Assembly (NCBI GenBank): GCA_963664115.2
Contig: CAXWPJ010000009.1
Location: forward strand, 928,001-992,000
Direction: 5' to 3'
Source: Terriglobia bacterium
Lineage (GTDB): Bacteria; Acidobacteriota; Terriglobia; 20CM-2-55-15
Length of the DNA: 64,000 nucleotides
Shown: positions 48,873 to 59,652 of the stretch, one piece after another
Layout of the letters: every line of letters begins with the position of its first letter
How positions within the stretch are numbered: position 1 is the stretch's first letter
Notes under the pieces: model-generated
Databases searched by the model: none
Told to the model about the DNA's origin: nothing
The model's input: only the letters and a program-made list of their open reading frames with translations
Translations under genes and position numbers: made by a program

Positions 48873-48979
48873 TTCCGGTGAATCAATGATATTGACGGGA
48901 GCCGGGCGGTGGGAACAACGCCGCCCCCCGGTCCTGGATCTCGGATAGTTCGGTTTCATAGAAAGTTTTGGAGGGGAAG

Positions 48980-50449
48980 ATGCTAAAGCCACTCGGGAAT
49001 ATGACCCGCCGCGAATTGCTGAAAGTAATTGGCCTTGGTGTGGGGGCCACGGCCACTTTCGGAGCTCAGGCTGCTTGGCCGCGTAAGGTTCGAGCACAGA
49101 GCAGGACGGTGACGCCTCGAGCGAATGTGCGCAACGTCATTGTGATTCAGAACGTGGGAGCGATGAGTCCGGCTGAGACCCTGGACTTCAAGGAGTCGAA
49201 GTGGACGCCGAAGGATTTCGACATTCAGAGAGTCAATTCCGAATTCAATATCTCCAAAACTCTTTTTCCGAATTACGAAAAGTGGGCGCCCCGAGCGTCT
49301 CTGGTGCGCTCGATGTACGAGAACGGACTGGTCCACTTTCCGGCGCAGTACCATACGCAGTGTGGACGTGCGTTGAACCCGGCTATTGTGAGGGAAGTTC
49401 CGGCCATGGGCAGCATCGTCGCTTACGAGCTCGAATCCGAGCGTCGAGAGTCCGACACCTTTCCGACATATATCAGCATGGATTTGTGGAACGCGAATTG
49501 TAGTCAGATCGGGCAGGGGATGTTGCCCGCCCAATTTGCAGGATTGGACCTCAACACCAGCACCGTGTTTCAGACCTTCGGGGGTGAAGCAGGCGAAGAA
49601 GATGGGATCGATCCGGTGTTGGCCCGAAGGTGGGAGGCCCTACAGAGAATGTCGGAGGTTTCACCCATAGGACAGAATCCAATCGGAGGGAAAGCCTCCG
49701 AGTACCAGTCGCACTATCAGTACGCCTACAGACTTCTCCAGGACGCTCGGTTTAAGGGAGCGCTCCAGTTGACGGAAGAGGAAAAGGTGCGTTACATGGG
49801 GGATCCCGCCCCTCCAGGTACATGTAAGATCGGTCTTCAGGCATTGCTGGCGCGGAATATACTGGCCGCCGATGCCGGTGCACGATTTCTATGGTTATGC
49901 AACTGCTACTATGGCGGCAATGGTTGTTTCGATAACCACGAGTGGATGTACAGCCGGGACCGCTTAGCGCTGACGAACGGAAGAATATCCATTTACGACA
50001 GCGCCCCGATGCTGGATCGAGCCTTGGGTAATCTCGTCGAGGATCTTTCGACCATGCCCGGCCATGACCCTGAGAAGACACTCCTGGATGAAACGATGAT
50101 TGTCGTGGCCCATGAATTCGGGCGCGATCCTGTCATGAACTCCAACGAGGGCCGGGATCATTGGGGACTGTGTTTCACGGATATGTGGCTCGGCGGAGCC
50201 GTCCAGCCGGGACGGGTGATCGGACGTACGGACGATAGGGGCTGGAAGGTTGTCGACAACGGTTGGAAATATAACGAACAACCGATGCATGATCACGACA
50301 CGTCCACGATTTACTCGTGTTTGGGCATCGATTACTCCAAGGTAATCGAAGATACGCCCTCGGGCCGAGTTTTTGAATACCAGCAGACGGCTCCCCTTGG
50401 AGGCCCGGAATTTATTCCGCTGACCGACATCGAGGAGTTGTTCGTGTAG
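48980..50449 (+). CDS. DUF1501 protein with Tat signal
   Basis: TRRELLK; ET.D.K, DNH, EFGR.P..N...GRDHW. Confidence 0.9.
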   Translation: MLKPLGNMTRRELLKVIGLGVGATATFGAQAAWPRKVRAQSRTVTPRANVRNVIVIQNVGAMSPAETLDFKESKWTPKDFDIQRVNSEFNISKTLFPNYEKWAPRASLVRSMYENGLVHFPAQYHTQCGRALNPAIVREVPAMGSIVAYELESERRESDTFPTYISMDLWNANCSQIGQGMLPAQFAGLDLNTSTVFQTFGGEAGEEDGIDPVLARRWEALQRMSEVSPIGQNPIGGKASEYQSHYQYAYRLLQDARFKGALQLTEEEKVRYMGDPAPPGTCKIGLQALLARNILAADAGARFLWLCNCYYGGNGCFDNHEWMYSRDRLALTNGRISIYDSAPMLDRALGNLVEDLSTMPGHDPEKTLLDETMIVVAHEFGRDPVMNSNEGRDHWGLCFTDMWLGGAVQPGRVIGRTDDRGWKVVDNGWKYNEQPMHDHDTSTIYSCLGIDYSKVIEDTPSGRVFEYQQTAPLGGPEFIPLTDIEELFV

Positions 50450-50452
50450 GCT

Positions 50453-51325
50453 ATGGGGCGCAAAGTAATATTGACTCTGCTCTGCTGCGTCTGCGCCGCA
50501 TTACCAAGCGCGCCGGCAGCAGCGCAGGCAGCTACCACGCAAACAACGGCTCCCGAAGACATGGCCTTGATCCCTGCAGGTAAGTTCTGGATGGGCCGCA
50601 CCTTCTTCATGATTCTGGAAACGATGGGTGTCCTGGCCCGGGACAGAATGGACACCATTCCCGCCAACCACATTTACTTGGATGCCTTCTATATCGACAG
50701 GTACGAAGTGATTCAAGCGGACTATGCACGATTCCTTGCCGACACGGGCCTTCGGCCGCCGTGGAACTGGCCTCAAGGCGAGATCCCGGAAGGGGAAGGA
50801 CAGGTTCCGGTTTATAACGTCAACTGGTTTGAAGCAAGCGACTACTGCAGGTGGGTCGGCAAACGTCTCCCCACGGAAGCGGAATGGGAGAAAGCCGCGC
50901 GAGGCGGACTCGATCGGGTCCGTTACTCCTGGGGGGACGACGACATCGATGAAAGCGAGTTCAGGCGGAACCCTCCACAAAATTCTGGAACCAAATACGA
51001 CGTCGACCTTCCTGCGGTCCTGGGCGGCGTGCCCCGTCCTCAGCCCGGCGGAACATTTCCGCCCAATGGCTACGGTCTCTACGACATGATTGGAAACGTC
51101 GCGGAGTGGACAAATGATTGGTACTACGACAATTATTATCCCTTCATGCCGAAAGTGAATCCACGGGGACCGGAGACCGGTTTGTACAAGAGTCTTCGAG
51201 GTTCCAGTTTTGCGGGGGGCGGCGCGTTCGGAAATATGTCCGTTTCGAACCATATGCGCGACTTCAGCGATCCTGAACTCCGTACCTCCGGGATAGGTTT
51301 TCGCTGCGCGAGAGACGCGGGCTAG
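50453..51325 (+). CDS. Formylglycine-generating enzyme (FGE-sulfatase) domain protein
   Basis: RLPTEAEWEKAARGG, PNGYGLYDM.GNV.EW, GFRC. Confidence 0.9.
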   Translation: MGRKVILTLLCCVCAALPSAPAAAQAATTQTTAPEDMALIPAGKFWMGRTFFMILETMGVLARDRMDTIPANHIYLDAFYIDRYEVIQADYARFLADTGLRPPWNWPQGEIPEGEGQVPVYNVNWFEASDYCRWVGKRLPTEAEWEKAARGGLDRVRYSWGDDDIDESEFRRNPPQNSGTKYDVDLPAVLGGVPRPQPGGTFPPNGYGLYDMIGNVAEWTNDWYYDNYYPFMPKVNPRGPETGLYKSLRGSSFAGGGAFGNMSVSNHMRDFSDPELRTSGIGFRCARDAG

Positions 51326-51459
51326 GAAGCTTCGAATACAGAATCACCCCTGGTGACTGACATAAGTTCCAGCCGGTTCTTCGGCGAACGAGTCGAAGAC
51401 ACGACTGCCCACGTTGTGACCAGGAACAATAGGAAAATGGAAGATAAGGATTGGGTTCT

Positions 51460-52032
51460 ATGCGTAAACTGGTATTCATTTTAACTTTCATTGGATTCTT
51501 GGGCCCGTGCGAGCTGCGAGCTCAGAGACCCGAGGTCGAGATAGGCGAAGCCGAACTTTTGGCCACGGAATGGCTGGATAGGCTGAACGCTCTCGACGAT
51601 TGGCATTTGACACCGGAAGGAGAGGAAGTCGGGCTCGAAGAAGTAATCGACGATATGATGGAGCTCTACACTCCCGATGTGATGTCCGAGTTGACGCCTT
51701 ACGACGAAGAACAGATTGGAGCGGTGGTGCTCCGCGGGAGTGGTCAACTTCGGAAATGGGTTGAGACGATTGCGAGAACTCAGGTCAGGATTCAATATAT
51801 CCAGGTCCGTCAGACCGCAGAAGAATACCAGGGAATAGAACTGGTCTATTCCGTGGAATTGCCCTGGGGCGGACTGGGCATTGCCGTCCCGATCATTGCA
51901 GCCTATTCTCAGCGTGAGGATCGTGAGCGGTTTGGGGCGCCGGGAATGTTGGTTCTACAGACGAACGAGGAGGGGAAAATCCACCGGTTCCGTCTCTATC
52001 TGGAAGAGAGGTTCCAGGTTTCAGCGATATAG
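51460..52032 (+). CDS. Exported hypothetical protein, possibly SnoaL/NTF2-like
   Basis: Signal peptide; LY.PD, G...LR.W and GKI...R pattern. Confidence 0.65.
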   Translation: MRKLVFILTFIGFLGPCELRAQRPEVEIGEAELLATEWLDRLNALDDWHLTPEGEEVGLEEVIDDMMELYTPDVMSELTPYDEEQIGAVVLRGSGQLRKWVETIARTQVRIQYIQVRQTAEEYQGIELVYSVELPWGGLGIAVPIIAAYSQREDRERFGAPGMLVLQTNEEGKIHRFRLYLEERFQVSAI

Positions 52033-52139
52033 ACTTGAGACTTTACGCGTGGCGAGAACGTGTTGCGATGGTGATTTTGCAATCGAGTTATTAGCGAGTC
52101 AGGGCAAGATTGGATGGCAGAGAAGGAGTGAGGGACGAC

Positions 52140-52661
52140 ATGAATCGACACTTTGTTCTAAGCATGATAGTAGTCGCGGGAATATTCGCCAGCATAACGA
52201 CGTTTGCACAAAACCGGCCCTATGATCAGGTCATGAAGGACATCGGAGCGACGTCGGAAAGCTTGGGGATTAATCTGGATGGGACCGGCGCCGAGAGCTA
52301 CCAGCCGGTTCGTCTGGACGAGCGGGGCGGCATACTGAGAAATCAAGGAGGAAGGCGCCGGCCCACTGGACCTCGAACTGATGAGGAAATTCAGGCCAGC
52401 GCAGCTGCAGCCGTTGAAGATGCAACCAAACTCGACGGGCTATTCAGGGAAATCGAAGAGTTTTGGACTTCTTTAAATACCCAAGATGCGGTCACGTTGT
52501 CGAAAACCTCGCATGAAAGCGCCGCGGCCATCGTCGAGAAACTCAACGACAACGATTTCGACGGGGCCCAGATCGCCTTCAGAGATGTTCAGCAAGCGTG
52601 CATCCATTGCCACTTCACACACCGCCAACGAACCATTGACGGCTTCTTCATTAGACCGTAA
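52140..52661 (+). CDS. Cytochrome c'-like monoheme protein
   Basis: Signal peptide, helical composition, C-terminal CIHCH. Confidence 0.8.
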   Translation: MNRHFVLSMIVVAGIFASITTFAQNRPYDQVMKDIGATSESLGINLDGTGAESYQPVRLDERGGILRNQGGRRRPTGPRTDEEIQASAAAAVEDATKLDGLFREIEEFWTSLNTQDAVTLSKTSHESAAAIVEKLNDNDFDGAQIAFRDVQQACIHCHFTHRQRTIDGFFIRP

Positions 52662-52735
52662 GCAGCGTGTTGCGCAAAGTTCACTGTGAAATCGTTTCAT
52701 CCTTTTGGTCGAGTTTAAGGGGGGGGGGGGGGGAG

Positions 52736-53566
52736 ATGCAAGGTCAATTGGTCAGAGTGATTGGGGTCCTGATGTTGGTGCTCGTGAGTACCGTGGCGGC
52801 CGAGGCACAGGAGGGCGCGAACCAATTTGATCCACATGATTTCACAGGGATCTGGCTTATGGAACAGGGTGGTGGGCGAATGGGTGGCACTGTGCCTGAG
52901 CTGACACCTCAGGGCGCGGAGATTCTCAGCACGCGTATTCCATCACGAAGTGATGACAGAATTACGGTCACCAACCCGAGCCTTTCGAACTACCCGACTT
53001 ACCAATGCAACCCCGATGGTTTTCCGAATCTGCTTTTGGATGCCGAGCCCATCGAGTTCCTCATGCATGACGACAGGATCCTGCAACTCATCCAGTGGGA
53101 AGGCAGAACACGAGTACTCTGGACGGATGGGCGGGCCGTGCCCTCGGGCGAGAACCTCGAAAACCTTGGACCGGCGTGGTACGGACATTCGGTCGGCGTG
53201 TGGGAAGATGACACCCTTGTCGTCAACACGGTGGGTCTCGAACCCAGAGCCTGGCTCGACAGGCGGGGGCATCCCAAGAGCTTCCACGCGCGGTTCGAGG
53301 AGCGCTATCGTCGCGTCGATGCCAACACCATAGAACTTCAAATTACGGCGTATGATCCGGAAAACTACACCGCCCCCTGGGTCGGTAGTCTGAAAGTCTT
53401 CAAGCTCCTCCCACCCGAAGATTACACCTTTTTTGGGTGGACAGGGTTGTACTCCGGAATCACGGAATCCATCTGCGCGCCGATGGACGAGGTGCAGACT
53501 TACAACGACCGGTTTCGTGATCCTGGGGGCTCTGGAGTCGGGGAAGCAACGATAAACCAGCCATGA
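52736..53566 (+). CDS. DUF6152-partner family protein (copy 9)
   Basis: CNPDGFPN, WYGHSVGVW, ICAP. Confidence 0.88.
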   Translation: MQGQLVRVIGVLMLVLVSTVAAEAQEGANQFDPHDFTGIWLMEQGGGRMGGTVPELTPQGAEILSTRIPSRSDDRITVTNPSLSNYPTYQCNPDGFPNLLLDAEPIEFLMHDDRILQLIQWEGRTRVLWTDGRAVPSGENLENLGPAWYGHSVGVWEDDTLVVNTVGLEPRAWLDRRGHPKSFHARFEERYRRVDANTIELQITAYDPENYTAPWVGSLKVFKLLPPEDYTFFGWTGLYSGITESICAPMDEVQTYNDRFRDPGGSGVGEATINQP

Positions 53567-53641
53567 TTTCAGACAATGAATGTATGTGCGTCTCTGCCAC
53601 AGTGAGCTATAGGTGGAGTGACCTAAACGTGAGGAAGGGAT

Positions 53642-54130
53642 ATGAAGCTTGAAAAACGGATCGTGTTCATGGCCGCGCTGGTGCTCGCAGTGGCCATGCC
53701 GGCATTGGCACAGGTCGAGAAGGCCGCGATGCGGACCACGGGAATCTCCTGCGGTGTTTGCGCTGTCGTATCGGAGGTGAATATCCGACGCATCGAGGGT
53801 GTGGACGAAATCACCATCAGCATGTCCAACGAAACGCTGATGATTTCATATGAGCCTGACGCTCTTTTCGAATCCGTGGAGATTCGCAAGGTTCTCGAAT
53901 CGCTTGACGTTGAAATCACCGTGTTCCAGATCAGCGCGCGCGGCCGTGTCGAGGATCAGGGCGAAAAGCGAATTTTTGTCGCCGGCAGGAACCGGTTTGT
54001 CCTGGCAGCTCCCACTGGAAATGCACCCCGGGTTCCATCCGACACGCCGGTCGTGGTTGAAGCCGTCCTCAACGATCAACTCGATCCCATGGAACTGACC
54101 GTCATGGCCTTCAAGACGGTCCCGCAGTAA
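53642..54130 (+). CDS. Exported HMA-domain protein
   Basis: Signal peptide; GISCGVC followed by I.GV..I. Confidence 0.8.
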   Translation: MKLEKRIVFMAALVLAVAMPALAQVEKAAMRTTGISCGVCAVVSEVNIRRIEGVDEITISMSNETLMISYEPDALFESVEIRKVLESLDVEITVFQISARGRVEDQGEKRIFVAGRNRFVLAAPTGNAPRVPSDTPVVVEAVLNDQLDPMELTVMAFKTVPQ

Positions 54131-54305
54131 GCGCAAACCAGCAATAGACGCCACGCTGATTTCTCATGGGTGCGCGACATGCAAATAGAGCCGCGACGTG
54201 CAAATAGAGCAATCTAGAGCAATGAAGGCGATGGAGTCGGGACCGACTCGGGCACAAGCGAAAAAACAGGCCACCAGTTCTGCGTATTGTTTGGGTAGGA
54301 TTCCG

Positions 54306-54343
54306 AAACCGGCCCTTCCTCCGATTGGAGAAGGGCCGGTTTC
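54306..54343. terminator. Intrinsic terminator (paralog near 56846-56880)
   Basis: GAAACCGGCCCTT...AAGGGCCGGTTTC hairpin. Confidence 0.7.
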
Positions 54344-54387
54344 GTTTTATACGACGGACAGACCGAAAGCGGCCTCGGCGGTGGAAG

Positions 54388-56559
54388 CTACTGGAAGGCC
54401 TCCGGGACGTTGAAGGTAAATATCGCGTTGTGCGTCTTGTCGGACACGATTACGTTCTGATTCCTGACATCGAGCGTGATGCCGCGTACGTCCTTCAAAA
54501 GGAAGTTCGGCCCGCCGATCGTCAACCGGGGCTCCACGGGACCGTCATCGAAGACACTCCACACACCCACGTAATCGTCCAGCCCGAATCGTCCGCCGCC
54601 TCCGACGTTTCCGAAAATCATCCCGCTCTCCGGATTGACGGTCATCCTCGAAGCTCCGGTATCCGTGATGACCCGGAGCGGCGGCGTGTTGCCCGAAGCC
54701 CTGCGGTCGAATATTCGGAGGTCACCCCCGCCTGAGACGATCATGAGATCGTGCACGGGGTCTATTGTTACCCGGCCCTCCCCACGCAAGCCCGTGTCGG
54801 GTCCTTCCAGGATACGGATGGGCGCCACGTCGCCGTCCGCGTCCCGGTCGAAGACCAGCACCCGGCGGACTTGAGGCACATAAATTTCTCCATTTACGGG
54901 ATCGATGGCCACCCGCTGACTGTTCACCAGTTGCGTGCGGGGTCCCATAATCTGTCGGACGGGCGCCGCGTCGCCATCCGCGTCCCCACGGAAAGTGAGA
55001 ATAGAAAAGTTATACCAACCGGGAACGAGAATTTCATCCCGCACCGGGTCGTAGGCCATGTCGTGAATGGTGCGCGTGAAATTTGTATTCTGTCCGGCAA
55101 TGGAGCGCGTCGCGTCTGTACTTCCATCCGCCAGCCTGGCGAATGCCGCAATCTGCGGGTGGCCCACTCAGTTGGAGCCCAGGATTTCTTCCCTCAGGGT
55201 GTCGTACGCGATCGTATGGACATTGGCGAGCATGGGCCCACGGGAGTCGGCCGGACCACTGCGAATCACGCGCTTGGGAGTGGCATCCCCATCCGCCGTG
55301 ATGTCATACACGGTTGCTGAGTGACTGCCCAGATTGGCGACCCACAGCTCGTCGTTTATCAGGTCTACCTTCACCCCGACAGGGTTTTTGATCAAGGAGT
55401 TGGGACCCTGGAGGACTCGAATAGGCGCGGCGTCGCCGTTCGCATCGGCGCTGTAAACCGTCACGGTGTGGCCGGTGTCGTTCGCGACGAAAATCTCGCC
55501 CCGGTCCGGATGCACCGCAATATCGGTCGGCCAGTTCAGCAAGGTGTTGGGACCCTGGATCACTCGTATTGGCGCGACATTACCGGCCCCATCCTTGCGG
55601 TAGACGGTAATGGAGGGCGGTTCGGTCCGTCCCGATCCCGGAATGTTGGCCAAGCGCGAGACGGGCCAGTTGGGTTTTCCAGTGCCACGATTGAAGACGG
55701 CCGGCGTGTCTTCGTCATAATAGCGATCCGCCGCCGTGCCCCAGTTGCTGACATAAAGCAGGCCCGTGTTCGGGTCCAGGGCGATCCCATGGGGATCGGC
55801 CATTCGGGTGGCCGGCCCCTGGATCAACCGCACCGGCGGCTCTTCGTCCTGGGCCGCTTTCCGAAAGACCGAGACCGCATGATCATCCTGGACGGTCATG
55901 AAGATTTCCTGGGTGGCTTCATCGATGGCCATCCGGACGGTCGTATGCGGCGTGGCGAGTTTCCGCTTCGGCGCCACATTGCCCTGGGCATCACGGCCCC
56001 ACACCGTCATCCAGTTCAAGGTGTCATTGTTGATGGCATAGATGTCGCCGCTTCCGGGGTCGACATAGATACCGCAAACGTATTCCAGGAAGGTGTCTTC
56101 TCCCTGAATGACCCGTCTGGGTTCGCTGAACGCTGCGGTTGGCGGTGTATTCGTATTTCGGTCGTAGACGACGATGCTGAAATTGTTCTCGTCCCCAGCG
56201 ACAAGTTCATTCCGGATGGGGTCGATGTCAATGGCTGCAAACACATGACGGGAGTCATGAATCGTACGGATCGGCGGCCTTGTCGCCACCGCCGCCTTGA
56301 CCGCTTCACTCGGCCGGGGGGGCGGGTCCGTAGCTGCCGCCGCTTGCCCGGCGCCTTGCACCAGTGCCATCAGATTCTCTGGCGTGCGGGCCCCAGCCAT
56401 CAGAGTTTCCGGGCCGACTTCGGGCGTTCGTTCCTCCCCAATTAAATTCGTCTGCCCGTTTCCGTCCGGCCCCAGCTGCTCGTGTTGAGGCAGCGCGCCC
56501 ACGGTCACCGACAGACATAAAATCAGTGTGATCACTAAAACCCACTGCCGTGCTTTCAT
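54388..56559 (-). CDS. Exported repeat beta-propeller, candidate selenoprotein (UGA at 55168-55170), copy 1
   Basis: Two abutting same-frame ORFs separated only by TGA (LGSN-*-VGHPQ); repeat unit continues across the stop; 723 aa if read through. Confidence 0.8.
55125..55145 (-). promoter_or_regulatory. Candidate bacterial SECIS hairpin, copy 1
   Basis: CAUUCGCCA-GGC-UGGCGGAUG; G-starting loop 31 nt after UGA. Confidence 0.6.
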
Positions 56560-56612
56560 CTCAGTCCTCCGCAATTCCCGAGGGTTAATTTTGTGGACAC
56601 TTCGTGTTGCTG

Positions 56613-56642
56613 ACCTTAGGGTCTTTCAATCTTTTCTGTCAA
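56613..56642 (-). promoter_or_regulatory. Sigma70-like promoter conserved in both duplicates
   Basis: TTGACA-N18-TAAGGT here and at 59193-59222. Confidence 0.6.
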
Positions 56643-56925
56643 GCACTATGGAGTGACCTTTGTTCAAGATGGCAAGGCGTTCAGCGATGCGCTCAGTGAC
56701 TGCGGCTACCTCGGCATTCCCGGGCGGAACCTGTAGCAGCACGCGGACGAATGAAATCAGATACGTGTGCTTTTCCTACGCGTTATCAGGTGGGAAGCAC
56801 CGGGAAACAACGCTACGAAGCGCCATCCGTGATTGGAAGGTGGGAGACCGGCCCCGCCTCCGATTGGAGACGGGCCGGTTTCTTTTTAGACAACGGCAAA
56901 CCGAAAGCGGCCTCGGTGGCGGAAG

Positions 56926-59142
56926 CTACTGGAAGGCCTCCGGGACGTGGAAGGTAAATATCGCGTTGTGGGTCTTATCGGACGCGATTACGTTCTGATT
57001 ACTGACATCGACGGCAATGCCACGGACGTCCTTCAGGAGGACGTTCGGACCGCCGATCGTCCACCGGGGCGGAACGGGACCGTCATCGAAGACGCTCCAC
57101 ACACCCACATAGTCTGACAGGCTGTATCGCCCCATGAGGGATCGGACTTCGGGAGGCAGTTCAGGATCTGGCTCGATATCCATAGATCCAGTTGCGAACA
57201 TCATCCCGCTCTCCGGATCGATAGCCCGGACCCCACCGCCACCTTCGATGAACCGGAGCGGCGGGGTGTTTCCCGAAGCTGTGCGATCGAAGATTCGGAT
57301 GCCGCCGCCACCCGAGACGACCAGGAAACCGTGCACGGGGTCGACCGCTACCCGGCCCTCCCCACGCAAGCCCGTGTCGGGTCCCTCCAGGATCCGGATG
57401 GGCGCCACATCGCCGTCCGCGTCCCGGTCGAAGACCAGCACCCGGCGAGGTTGAGGAACGAAAATCTCTCCGTTTACGGGATCGACGGCCACGCGCTGAC
57501 TATTCACCAGTTGCGTGCGGGGTCCCATAATCTGGCGGACGGGCGCCGCATCGCCATCCGCGTCCGCGCTGAATGTGAGAATAGAAAAGTTATACCAACC
57601 CGGTACGACGATTTCATCCCTCACCGGGTCGTAGTCCATGCCGTGAATCGTACGGCTGAAGAGCGTGTTTTGTCCTGCAATGGACCGTGTCGCCTGTGTG
57701 CTTCCATCCGCCAGCCTGGCGAATGCCGCAATCTGCGGGTGGCCCACTCAGTTGGAGCCCAGTATCTCCCCTCTCCGGGAGTCGAACGTGATCGTATGGA
57801 CGTTGGCGAGCATGGGTCCGCGGGAGTCGGCGGGACCGCTGCGAATCACGCGCTTCGGGGTGGCGTCCCCGTTGGCCGTAATGTCGTACACGGTCGCGGA
57901 GTGACTGCCCAGATTCGCAACCCACAGCTCGTTGTTCGTCAGGTCGACCTTCACGCCGACAGGGTGTTGGATCAAGGTGTTGGGACCCTGGAGGACTCGA
58001 ATAGGAGTGGCGTTGCCGTCCGCACCGGCGCTGTAAACCGTCACGGTGTGGCCGGTGTCATTCGCGACGAAGATCTCGCCCCGTTCCGGATGCACCGCTA
58101 TATCGGTCGGCCAGTTCAGCAAGGTGTCGGGACCCTGGATCACTTGCAATGGGGCGACGTTGCCGGTCGCGTCCTTGCGGTACACGGTAATGGAGGGCGG
58201 CTCGTTCCTTCCCGATCCCGGAATGTTGCCTTCGCGCCCGGCCGGCCAGTTGGCTTTTCCATCTCCCTGACCTCTCGTGGTCAACCCAAGGTCATAGTAG
58301 CGGTCCGCCACCGTGCCCCAGTTGGTGACGTAAAGCAGGCCCGTGTTCGAGTCCACGGCGATCCCGTGAGGATCGGCCAATTGGGTGGCCGGCCCCTGGA
58401 TCAGCCGCAGCGGCGACTCGTCGTCCTGAGCCGTTTTCCTGAAGACCGAGACCGCATGGTCATCCTGGACCGTCATGAAGATTTCCTGGGTGGCTTCATC
58501 GATGGCCATCCGGACCGTCGTGTGGGGGGTGGCGAGTTTCCGCTTCGGCTCCGCATTGCCCTGGGCGTCACGGCCCCACACCGTCATCCAATTCAAGGTG
58601 TCATTGTTGATGGCATAGATGTCGCCGCTCCCCGGGTCGACATAGATGCCGCACACGTATTCCAGGAAGGTGCTGTCTCCCTGTATGACCCGTCGGGGTT
58701 CGCTGAACGCCGCGGTCGGAGGTGTATCCGTCATCCGGTCGTAGACGACGATGCTGAAATTATTCTCGTCGCCGGCTATCAGTTCATTCCGGACGGGATC
58801 GATGTCGATGGCGGCAAACACATGCCGGGCGTCATGGATAGTCCGGATCGGAGGTCGTTGCGCCACCGCGGCCCTTTCCGCCTCACTGGGCCGGGGGGGA
58901 GGCCCCGTTGCTGCTCCCGTTTGCCCGGCGCCTTGAACGAGCGCCATCGGATTCTCTGGAGCGCGGGCCGCAGCTATGAGAGTTTCCGGGGCGGCCATCG
59001 GCTCCGCGGAAACGAGGCTGGCCTCCCCTGTCATTGTTGTCTGCCCGTCTCCGCCCGGCTGCAGCTGCTCGTGTTGCGGCAGCGCGGCCACGGCCACCGA
59101 CAGACATAAAACCAGTGAGATCATTAGAACGCACTGTTTCAT
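56926..59142 (-). CDS. Exported repeat beta-propeller, candidate selenoprotein (UGA at 57748-57750), copy 2
   Basis: Same in-frame TGA at the same position; 738 aa if read through. Confidence 0.8.
57705..57725 (-). promoter_or_regulatory. Candidate bacterial SECIS hairpin, copy 2
   Basis: Identical to copy 1. Confidence 0.6.
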
Positions 59143-59652
59143 CTCGGTCCTCCTGAATTCCTGGTAGTTAATTTGTTTTCACTTGGTTGCCGACCTTAGG
59201 TTGTTTCAATCTGTCCTGTCAAGGATTATGGCCTGTGGCGCAAAGACCCTGAGCTCAGCCCCTCGAAATACGATCCCCGCGCCACCGCTTACCGTAGAAA
59301 CGGCATCCGAGGCAATACGCCTGGCCGAACCCCATCGTCTCCGGTGCTAAACCCTCAGGGCCACCGAGTTTTTCAGGATTTGCTACGTTCAAACTGTTGC
59401 GATTACTTGCCTCAAAATCTGAGAGTCGGGAAGTAGCGTCTCTGGTAGCGTCTCTGATCGCTTCTTTTTCAGTCCTGACTATGATATACGATACCCAGGT
59501 ACCACGATGTATCCGGCTTTTCGTGGACCGCCACCGCCATGGTGGGCGTGTGGTCTCTCCCTGATCGCATCAGTTGTCCCAATGGGGGGCACAGGTTGGG
59601 GGAGCTTGAGTATTTGGTTCTTAAATTGAGTAGATGGAGTTAAGGAGGAGGA

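Noticed and set aside
581-53566. Paralog diversity as the product of a diversity-generating retroelement
   Set aside because: No reverse transcriptase and no TR/VR pair with adenine-specific differences seen
57331-59109. 592-aa plus-strand ORF (and 55321-56445)
   Set aside because: Antisense shadow of the beta-propeller genes in GC-rich DNA
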